The notes below the pieces were generated by a model. The model saw nothing but the letters and a program-made list of their open reading frames with translations, did not search any database and was not told where the DNA came from. This document shows, in pieces, positions 24,156-34,422 of a stretch of 59,367 nucleotides of DNA; position 1 is the stretch's first letter, and the number at the start of each line of letters is the position of its first letter. The position numbers and the translations under genes were made by a program. The DNA lies in NCBI GenBank assembly GCA_000934665.2, contig KZ538605.1:1-59367 (forward strand), written 5' to 3'. This DNA comes from Catajapyx aquilonaris. Taxonomy: Eukaryota.

Positions 24156-25573
24156 GTTCCTGTTTCACATGTATAGTTTTTCACTGGAAACTAGGTTGAT
24201 GACGAATGAGTATTAATGAGGCATTTTTATGCAATTAAACAAGCAGTTTTCACAAGTACTCTGTTCCCAACCTTATGATGATCCTTCTTGTAATTGAGAT
24301 GTTCCTACAACATCATAAAGACCCTTGGTGCTCACTCCCTGTTGCACATCAGAAAACAAGCCAATAACTGCAGAATTAATCACGCAAGAGTTAGCCGAGC
24401 AGGTGAATGCCCAATGCCAAAGTAGCAAATCCAGCAGAAGGCAATGCTCACATTATCAGTGTAAGATTAACATGTGAAGGGTACAGGTGGTGTGCCACTT
24501 AATATCTGTCAGTGACACTGAAAACTGTTTGTTTTTTAATTGCTGGGTGCAGGATGGGCGATGGGGTGGGGGGTTTATTGATACTTATTTTATGACATCA
24601 ACATTTGATGACTGACTGATGATTCTTATTGCTGTGTAAGAGAAGTGACTTGCATTGAAAACTGAATGAAAGTTGATACCTCCATAGCAATTTATTAGTG
24701 TGTAGTATGTAATAATGCTTTCCTCTTGCAATTAACCCATTCATTAAACCAAAAATTCATTAGATTATGCACAATTTCAACTAATGATTCAGCATAGCAC
24801 ATATTTGCATCCTTAGTTTCTTAGCCCTTAGCAGTGCAGTCCAGCTCAGCTTTCAGTTGCTACATGTGAATCACTAATGACTAACTCCAAAAACACATTA
24901 AAACATGCATAGTAAATGGCCCTGAAAACATGCGATAGTCGTACTCCAAGAATTCTCAGAAGTGGTACTGCTGTGACGTAAACAATTGTGCCACTGTTCC
25001 ACCCACTGGGTGAAGTGTAAAAATTGCTGAGTTATTGTCCAAGTCCCAATACCTGTCTTCATAGTAAATAGTAAAAACATAGTAATAATAATCCAGGAGG
25101 TATTCCTCCGCAGAGGTATATCACCAGGACCTTTATTATGACTTCACGTTACACATTGGAACCTTTTACGATGATTAGTCCCAAAAGTGATGGGGAGATG
25201 CTAGTGTTAGTAGTGTACTTGTTGTAAGGGGCAATTATAGTACATTTCTTCACATAGTTAGTCAACTGGAAGTCCCACCAGATGAAACTGAAGAAACCCT
25301 AAGCTAAGGGAAAGGGAAGGTAGGCTTGGGGTCATTCAGGATATTTATTGGCAAATTTTGCATTCATCCGCCAGTTATCAGTATAACTGCTAAGTCCAAG
25401 GAGCACTAGGGATATATTTTTAGTCAGGTTGAATAAGGTGTTATGGAGTGGAAGTGATATTTGAAAATGCATCCATAACCGACTTTGCGGTGAACATACA
25501 GAATTTCAGTGTGTGTTGTAATACCTGTTTGGAATGTGATAAAGCAGGTATTCACTTCTAGTTGCACTATTCA

Positions 25574-25972
25574 CTAACACAGTGTTTTAGGAAGCAAAGG
25601 AGTGGTTTCACACATTTCCGGATCTCGTGGCTTTCCTCCCTGATGTCGGTTGTGATATTCATAAACAATGATCGTACCTAGAGAAGCAGTGAATGCCAAC
25701 AAGCAAAATACAATTCCACAATATTGAATTGGGAGCTGAAAAAAGTGAATAACTAATGGAACACATATTATGAAAGCCAATGAGAAAATGATGAACCCTA
25801 AATAACCAATGTACATAATGTTTATAACAGTTTTTTCTGTGGAGGACAACACTTTCTGATGATCCAGGGGGCTGTGCATTTCCATGCCATTGTCTGGAAT
25901 TATGTAGATGCCAGCAGGTCCTTTCATTTTTTTTTGAGAAGTTGTGTCACTGTTGAAGTAGGGTGTCTTCAT
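25574..25972 (-). CDS. Orphan 2-TM protein, paralog B (132 aa)
   Basis: LSSTEKTVINIMYIG, two hydrophobic segments, ETTPLLP. Confidence 0.75.
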   Translation of the reverse strand: MKTPYFNSDTTSQKKMKGPAGIYIIPDNGMEMHSPLDHQKVLSSTEKTVINIMYIGYLGFIIFSLAFIICVPLVIHFFQLPIQYCGIVFCLLAFTASLGTIIVYEYHNRHQGGKPRDPEMCETTPLLPKTLC

Positions 25973-27054
25973 TGTTTGTACTTGAAGGAGTCGATTCAGA
26001 TCAAGAGTTTACGAGGGAGCGTTGTAGATAACGTTGCACATTCACCAGGGTTTTTTCTTCTTGCTCTCTATTTCTGCAATCATTAAGAGACATATGCAGA
26101 TATGCAGAAATATTACAATAACATGCTGGCAAAATGATTTATAGCCCTACCTCATGAGAGATCTGGTTTCAGATACGGGTCCACTGATGTGTGTTTGCAT
26201 CCAACTTGCACACTGTCATGATTTACTACACTGCACAACAGTGCCCATTGGTGACTGCAGGCTAGTTATCAGTTGGAGATTAAGATGTGAATGGGTACAG
26301 CCAGGCACAGCTCATTTGTTGGCTACTATCAGCCAGACTCAGGAATTACAGTATTATGGTCTGCAAGTTGGACATTAACATTTTACTCCTTGCTGGTGAT
26401 TCAAAAGCATTACAGTTTTATGGCCTGCAAGCTTATTAGCATTTTCAATGACAATGTCACCGTGCGTTCTCGCATTCTTGGTGTGTGAGTCATTGACATT
26501 TATGCTAAACTTGACGTTAAGCTATGGAGTGGTATAGGAGTTATGTAGTTGTGGTAAATAGTTTTATCATTACGAGAAGGGTGCATCAACCTTTTGCATC
26601 ACCAGTTATTAAAAAGCCTTGAGCTAATGTTTTGCATTATAATATGACTATATGAACCAGTTTACATAGTGTACACAGCAAATAATGGCAGATGTTTGCC
26701 TGCTGTTGCGCACACTGTCCTTGGATTTGTTTGGACAAAGTAACACAAATATATCAATTGTGGAATTGGTGCAGGTGTAGCAATCTGGTGATATTAATCT
26801 TAGATATGACTGCTACATACCCTTATGTGTGAGAAGAATACCAAAGTTTCACAATTAGTTTTTTCTATGCACCCAGTTCACTTATCAAACTAACAGTAAT
26901 AATATTAAATGAAACAGTAATATATTGAGCAACTTGAATCAGAATATTGCGATTAAACTTTTGGTATAAAACTAGAAATCGATCAAGCTTACAAGAGAAT
27001 TTTGCTGTTATAATTTCTTACTAAATGCACGTTATTAAATATAATGTTTCAGCG

Positions 27055-27390
27055 TCATCCAGCAAGTAGTGGAGTAGTTTGAGACCACCTGCAGTTTTTC
27101 TTTTCAAAATGCTTTTGCAGTGCAGTAGCACCAGCGACACAGGCTAGAGACAGGAAGCAGGTTGCAATCACTAGAAATCCCATTATATTGATGTCTGCTC
27201 CATAATAAGCAATAGGTCCCACTATTATGAGTGAAGTTGTGGCCACTAGAAATGATGACACATACATTATTCTCAGTACTGCTCTCTGGGTAGAAGAGAG
27301 CAAGTGATGGTGATGGACCATGTTATGTTGCACCTGATAGGAGCTTCCTACATTTAAGACATCCTCGGTGTATTTACTTTGAGGGCTCAT
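27055..27390 (-). CDS. Orphan 2-TM protein, paralog C (111 aa)
   Basis: MSPQ start shared with A, LSSTQRAVLRIMYVS, two hydrophobic segments, QTTPLL. Confidence 0.72.
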   Translation of the reverse strand: MSPQSKYTEDVLNVGSSYQVQHNMVHHHHLLSSTQRAVLRIMYVSSFLVATTSLIIVGPIAYYGADINIMGFLVIATCFLSLACVAGATALQKHFEKKNCRWSQTTPLLAG

Positions 27391-28490
27391 GTTGTGCCAG
27401 TCTGTCTTGTGCTTGGCAGAATTATGAAGTTATTAGCAGTAATCCAGGTATTTTTTGCGTTACTGCTGGTGTCATGTTCCGGACAGGTGGAAATGCTGCA
27501 CAGGAAGACCTCTGAAATTGAAGAGCACTTAAAAGTAACCTGCTGTAATATGCTAGGAGTTTAGTTGGTAATTGTTGGAAAATAACCCCGACATACTGCA
27601 TCGCTACGTGTCGCATTTGAATTCACCAATCAGTAGCTGCTTAACTTGATATCACCTGCATTGATTTGAGATTTTATCTAGTGCAGTAGGTGGCATTGAG
27701 TGCAGCAAGTGTCATGGCAAATATGTTGACGGTTATAGAAGGCAAGCATGTTAATGATGCATATGAATACCAATGAAAGTGGCAAGCAGGTGTTTCAGCC
27801 TTTGAAAGGAGCAGCTGGTAATGTTAGGCCATACACAACCTTGGAGTTATGTTTCATACCGCAAATGTTATTCAAAAGCAGCAATGCACACTTGCAACAT
27901 TTCCCTATGAAAAGGTAGCGAGCAATGAAGAAAACAAGGCAGTTAGCAAAAGTGGGCTTAAACATTATCACAATGTTTCTACTGTGCATATTTATCGGGA
28001 CATATTGAATTTATTGACCTCATTGAGAAATTGCCAATGTTAGGTGTTGGTCAAAAGAATAATTTATATTTACAAATTCAGGTGAATGTCACATGCCAAT
28101 ATTCCTAATAATGGGGTATGGATTAATAACTTTGCAACTTATTGAAACCACTTGAATTTGAGTGTACTCACAGCTTGCAGGTCAAGTTGGGATTGGCAAG
28201 GCAGTAATTACAGGATCATACAATGTGATATGTAGAAGACTGTGCTCTCGTATTTTTGATATACACAAACTTTAGTGTGTTTCAATGATCAAGACTAGTC
28301 AACAAATGAACAGGCAAGTCTTAGATAGTGATGTTGCAACTGGATAGTAAGCGTCTGTCAGCACTGCTGCAGTGTTATCAGCATGACCTTAAAATGAGAT
28401 TAACAGGGCACAGGTGAAATTCAGGGCATTAACACTGACCCTGTATAGTCAGTATCTTTATTCGAATGTACAGAACAAGTAAATATAGAC

Positions 28491-28557
28491 CAGTGATTCC
28501 CAACCTGTGGGTCGCGACCCCAGTGGGGGTCACGAATCACATTGGTTCAACACACTG
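28491..28557 (+). mobile_element. Degenerate hAT MITE
   Basis: CAGTGATTCCCAACCTGTGGG terminus, the same family as 32223-32339. Confidence 0.5.
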
Positions 28558-28978
28558 TATAGTTATTGAGGTCAGCCCATATTTCACAACATGCAATGCT
28601 AGCTATGTCCACAAATATTTGTCCACAAAAGATACTTTTCAGTGAGCTTTTTATGGAAATAGTTACCTCTGCATATAAATAAAATAGCTTTAGAATTTAT
28701 TATTACAGTCGAATATACTTGGTTAGATGTTACTATATCCAGTTAAAATTGTTTATACAAGTACTGACAAATTACTGTTGTCATATGATTAATGCGGATT
28801 TACTTGGTCATTCCAATAATTCATCTCATTCTGCATGTTGCTTCCAGTCAAGTCACATGTTTTTATCTGTCTTGTTCACTCTGCTTCTGTGACATGATAC
28901 ATTTCCTGAACCCAATATGTGTTCCCAGTACTAGCCCAAGTGTTTTCATTGCTTTTAAGCGTGACTAATTCAAGGATA

Positions 28979-30384
28979 TTAGTTCTTGAGTTCACAGCTG
29001 GTTGCCTCTGCTGGACAGCCTGGGTAAGATTTCAGACGAGGGTCTTCCAGGTCAGGTGTGTTTACACAGACGCAATTTGGTTGCTTCTTGCCAGCATGAT
29101 ACATGCGCCGAGGTACTCCTTCCCAATCCCGCTGTATGCCTCCACTGAAACAGGGTAGTGAATGAGGTAAAATTATCACAGATTTTCATTATAGTTCCAA
29201 CCTGAGTTTTGTACACCAGAATCGGCGCCCAGTTTCCTGGTTCCATTCAATGTTACAAGGTGGGAAACGCTTCTTCTCTTGTTCCTCATCTGATTTCTCA
29301 TGACGAGCTGATTCTATATAGCTGCGGACCATCCGTCTGTATTCAGTCTCTGCACCAGTTGAATCGTAGTAACGACCTATTAGCTTCCCTAATGGTACAA
29401 TAGATACAGAGTTATGAAATCACATCTCTGTTATTTGCAGAACAGAAAATTAAATATATGTCGACTTTTAAACCCGTTTCGGAAAATATATTATAACGTT
29501 AAACCTACATGCTAAAATCAGATTAATCAAATACCATTTCATCAGATTATCTCCTGCAAAAAAATGATTTTAGTTATACTTCTTGATAATGTTTTATAAT
29601 GAAACTTCCTGAGCGACAAGGTAACTCTGTTCTTTAAAATAACAATAATTGCTTTTCAGTACTATGGTTCCTTTAGTGGCTGATATTTAGTCCCCACCAA
29701 GTGAGTGCCGAGATACATGTGGGTTCAAGACCGAGATCTGATAAGTGGGATGATTACAGCCAGATTACATGACTTGAAAGGCCACACTCAAGGCCACATA
29801 TGAAACTCTTACGTATCATTAAAATAGGCAAATGTGATGGGTATATCCCAATAACATTGCTGCTGATTCATCAGATTGGGTTGATAAAATACAGTGAATA
29901 GCATACCAACATAAACATAGTCCTTTTTGTAGAAGTCACTCCAGTCTTGCAATGCCAAGTAGTCAGAAGCTGCCAGTCCATCAACAGCATCTGTGACTGC
30001 CTCCTCAGAGAAGTCTCCAGTAACAAACGACCGAGAAGCATCCCGTCCAGCCAGACCACTATAATGTCCTCCAGGTCCATAGTGCTTCAACCCTCTGCTG
30101 ACATCAAACACCTGCCCCAGAATAGCCAGATACGGTCCTCCACTCTCTCCACCCTTGAACATGGCCAGTTCTTCTACAGTAAACATCCTTGACTGCTTGG
30201 TTCCATCCTGCTGCTTCTGCTCATCAGAGGACAACCATGAGTGTATGAACCTAGCCACTGGTGTAAAGTGTGGCACTAGTTTGGCCATTTGCTGAACGAC
30301 AGCTGGTTTGTCATGAAGCCAGACGATCAAGGCAGCAAAACCCGCCACTGTCAACGCACTGATCAATACTACTTTACCCAGCAT
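28979..30384 (-). CDS. CYB5D2: Neuferricin (cytochrome b5 domain-containing 2), 276 aa
   Basis: Exons 30384-29907, 29388-29202, 29144-28979. N-terminal TM, YLAILGQVFDV..HYGPGGHY..AGRDASRSFVTGDF, GKLIGRYYD, FPPCNIEW, SGGIQRDWEGVPR, C-terminal CVC..YPGC..C. Confidence 0.93.
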
Positions 30385-30807
30385 GATTTCAAACAACCGC
30401 ACCGCACAAGCCCACACGCATTAATGCACCGCCATATTGGCCACACCAATGTTGCCAACATGAACAGGCAGGTACATAAAAATATGCTACTTTATTATTT
30501 AAACTGCAGAGTACACCCAATATTACTATTTATAACATGTATAATTACATATTGATTGTAATTAACACATTTTAGTATAATTTGGGAACAGTGTTCCGCA
30601 AGATGGCGCGTGGAAAGAGACGCACAAGAAGAGAAGGGAAAAAAGTGGGGAATAATCGTGTCCTGCGTGACGTTCAGGCGGGTGGCGACCGGCCGGATGC
30701 TTCGAGATACCATCCGTGGTAGAGGAATCGATTGATTGATTGAGCTGGTCATATCCCACCCTGGATAAGCCAGTGGGGATTATCAGGAGAGGTCCTGTTG
30801 TCTGAGG
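30385..30807. promoter_or_regulatory. Divergent promoter, CYB5D2 / INO80E
   Basis: About 420 bp between start codons. CCAAT near 30446 and YY1/TISU-like CAAGATGGCG at 30599. Confidence 0.55.
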
Positions 30808-32690
30808 ATGGTGACGACGATGGACGGAGGCGGCGCGGATTCGGACGAGACGCTCAACTATAAGCAGAAGTATAGGAACCTCAAGAGGAAGCTCAAGCTG
30901 CTCATTTACGTAAGGGGATAACACGTTCAGATGTCGGTGCAGAATCGTTGGCTGTTAGTGTGACAGGTGTTGGACTGCGCTTCGTAGTCTCCTTGAACGT
31001 AATTCCAATATTTCATTTTTTTTTAGGAAAATGAGTGTTTCCAGGAGGAGTTACGCAAAGCACAGAGGAAGCTGCTCAAAGTGAGCAGGGATAAAAGTTT
31101 CCTGCTGGATCGGCTCTTGCAGCATGAGAAGGTGGAAGCCTCGAGCAGCGACAGTGATAATACTGAGTCATCTGATGCGGAAGCGGATATAGCCAATAAG
31201 GCCGCAGCTGAGGCTTTCAAAAAGTATGTGCATAGTGAAGCTCAAATACCTGTCCTGAAAAAGTATTGGCACAATATTATCATGGACAGTGAATGTGTTT
31301 TTTTTACAATGAAGTGTGTGATAATATTGTGTTGATAGTACATTCATTTAAAATGATTGTGAAAACAGCTGATTATATTAGGGAGAATCAAATGAAGATG
31401 CTGACTAACTTTTCCTTTCAGACGAAAGAGTGAGACTACTAGCTCTGGGCCTGCTGCTGTCTTCAGTAACAAAATGCATGGGATGCCCATTAAACGTAGA
31501 AAGACTTCTACCCCCCGTCAGCCGAAGCAACAGCAACAACAGCAGCAGCAGGCAATTGCCAACCACCAACGACAACAACAACAAATTGCTCATCACCAGC
31601 AGGTGACAACTGTGGCACAGAAGATGCCCCAGACATCAATGGCAGCAGCAATGTCAGCCATGGCTGCTCCCACCTCCTCATCTGCTACATCAGTTACCCT
31701 TGGGGTTGCATCAGATGGACATATGACCCCAGAGGAAGTGGAGCGGCACCTGGAGTCCAGGCACTTGGAATCGCGCCATCACTACCTTGACCTCTTGCAT
31801 GAAAAAGCACCATTGACAGTGCCAAATGAGATGTTCAGCAACGAGGCCTCCCTCGATAGGTAAAATGCTGGAATTACTTGTGATTATGTAGAAAATGAGG
31901 AAGCGCTTGATATAGAGCCATGAGGGGGAACCAAGTAATTTTTACACCAATCTTGAAAGTCCATGTAACAAAAATCAGGGGCTCTAGGTGTTATTAATAG
32001 TTACAAACCAGAAATTAATAGCAAGAGATATCCTTCAATATTTATACATTAGTGCCATCCTCATGTCCCCATGCAGTATCAACCAAAAGTGTCCTGATAC
32101 TTAATTTAATCGCTCAATAGAACAAGGCACATGTCCACCCCGTTTCAACCTGGACGTGGCCCCATGTTCTATTGGGTGATTTAATTGATTTTCGATGTAA
32201 TGTAAAATTAGTTCCTTTAGCACAGTGGCTCCCAACCTGTGGGTTACGAAGACTTTTACAGAGGACGAGTGGTGCTGCGGTAATTTTTACTTTCAATCAT
32301 ACAAGGGGGTTGCGACCCGAAAAAGGTTGGGAACCGCTGCTTTAACATGTAACTTTAGAGTGTGTTCAATAACTAAGTTTACAATCATACCAGAGAATAT
32401 GTTGTGGGTGCTTATGTGTCAAGTTGGTATTCCTAAGCCAGTCAATTTGAGTTGGCCAGAAGAAGCAAATGTGAAACTCCCCACCACATCACATAATTTC
32501 TTCTCTCCTGAAACCTTGATGAGCTTAATTATGAAACACCATGTGTGTCAGATGTAATTGACGACATTTTTTAACTAAAAAATGTTGACACTATCTTTTT
32601 ATCTATTCCAGTGATTCAAATGAAGTTGAATGTGAGACATCTCCCAGCAATCTTGGTGACGACAGCATCAGCATTGATATTCCAGAATAA
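30808..32690 (+). CDS. INO80E: INO80 complex subunit E, 271 aa
   Basis: Exons 30808-30909, 31027-31223, 31422-31859, 32612-32690. [49 protein letters not shown], poly-Q insert, PLTVP..MFS, C-terminal IDIPE. Confidence 0.93.
32223..32339. mobile_element. hAT (Charlie/Buster-like) MITE in INO80E intron 3
   Basis: TIR CAGTGGCTCCCAACCT / AGGTTGGGAACCGCTG with 8-bp TSD CTTTAGCA / CTTTAACA. Confidence 0.85.
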
Positions 32691-32751
32691 TATGTAAATA
32701 ATTATGATCAATTAAACAGTCACAAACAAGATGAGGTACTTTATTCAATAT

Positions 32752-33787
32752 CTAAACAACTGACGTGCAATATCCACATCCTGAGCAGACCATAATTATT
32801 CCAGGATCTTCCGGTGGGCAGGCAGTGAAATTTGGAATGCATGAACAACGTGCCGAGTGTTCATCCACCTTCTCATTCACTATAGTGGACACCTCCTCCA
32901 GTGAAAGCTGACAAGGTATGGTAAACCCACACTCACAAGTCAAGGTTGCCATTCCCTGCTGCATCGCCCTTATATGACATGCCGGACAAAAGACTTCATT
33001 TGATTGTAGATGGCTGACAACCTGGTTCATACCCTGCTCATACTCCTGCAGCATTTCCTGCTCTGTAAAGAGATAGTCCGTATGTTAACTGTTCAGTTCT
33101 CATAAAAATGCAGGTGCAGTACCTTGTAGGGCTAACTCTCGCCTGAGATCTTCCATAAATTCCTCCGGGTCCTCTTCTTTGCCGAAAAGAGTCCGGCGAC
33201 TCGTTGAGGAAGCTCTGAACCGCCGCATTTCATCTTTGATGATCTCGTCCAGTACACTGGCCACGTACAGTGTAGAACCACTCATGCGTCGAGCTTCAAA
33301 CAGCTTGTCACGATTAGCACTCATCCGTTCTTGGCATCGCTGTAGAAACAAATCCGTAATGGTAGTATTCTGATTATGTTACGCATCCACAGCAGGGGGA
33401 TGTTGACAATATTATTAGATAATAGTGACTTTTTATATTGTTATGTGTGCGGACAGCCGCTGCCGTCAGATGTAAGAAGACCGTAACTCAAAAACTAGTA
33501 AGGGTGAAAGTGGCATGCACGCCCTGCACTAATCCCCTCTGAGTCGGGAGGGATTAGTCCAGGACATGCATGCGACGTTCACCCTTACTGGTTTTTGAGT
33601 TACGGTCTTCTTACATCTGACGGCAGAGCTGGACAGGGTGTAACAATACCTGTCGAAAGGAGTCTTTCCAGTCACAAGACTTGCTCCCTTTCTTGTACAT
33701 CTCTCGATGGGACATAGCCCTCCTGTTGCTCTGGCCCCGGGGCGGAGTTCCGAGACAAGCGTCCATCTCCTCACTCAACGGCAACAT
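32752..33787 (-). CDS. RPAIN: RPA-interacting protein, 214-221 aa
   Basis: Exons 33787 (or 33766)-33650, 33339-33123, 33062-32752. HREMYK..WKDSFRQRCQERMSANRDKL, and a C-terminal zinc finger VFCPAC..CECG..HSARC..CSGC. Confidence 0.9.
33460..33626. mobile_element. Hairpin MITE family A, copy 2 (RPAIN intron 1)
   Basis: CTGCCGTCAGATGTAAGAAGACCGTAACTCAAAAAC.. with the exact inverted partner ..GTTTTTGAGTTACGGTCTTCTTACATCTGACGGCAG. Confidence 0.85.
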
Positions 33788-34422
33788 CTGTATCGTTCCT
33801 AATTGTAGTTCCACCCGTTCCTTTGTCTGGAACGGTCTGGAAAAGGAACAGTCCCGTACAGTGCTGCCATCTGTGGCGCTAAATTCAAAAAGGTATGAAT
33901 TGCTTTAAAAAAATAAAATAAAAAAATGCACATTAGTCATCCAGACTGGTCGTTAAGCCACATGTATGTATTCCATCTTTCTAGTCCCATCCCTTTGATA
34001 TTCGTCCGAGGTCCTTGGCAAGCCCCCGACGTCGGATTGCAAAATGTGTTTCCTTCATGTCTGTGCCAAATGCGCTCTCCTTCATCCCGAACCTCCCTCC
34101 CTGCGATTATTCGCTTTGAGGATCTTTTTACGCCCGCGCATATGTGAAGGCTCTTTTCCCGTCTGGTCTCAACCCCCACACATTCTCCCCCATACACGTC
34201 ATGCTTTGAAGTCAACCCGCCTCCCGCTTCTGTCATCCCCACGCCATTCACAGCGCCATTTCGGTTGCCAAGTTGCGATTTTAAAATCACGGCTATTTTT
34301 CGGGTTAAACTGCGATGCGATTCTTGGCAACTAACCAGTTCAGTCTAGGATGGGCGGTTGTTCGGATCGGATGTGTGCGTGTTGCTGCAGTATGGGCAGC
34401 TACAGCAGCTGATGTCGCAAAC

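Noticed and set aside
24600..24665. TGATGA..CTGA as a C/D snoRNA
   Set aside because: No terminal stem, no recognisable rRNA guide, and no host intron on that strand.
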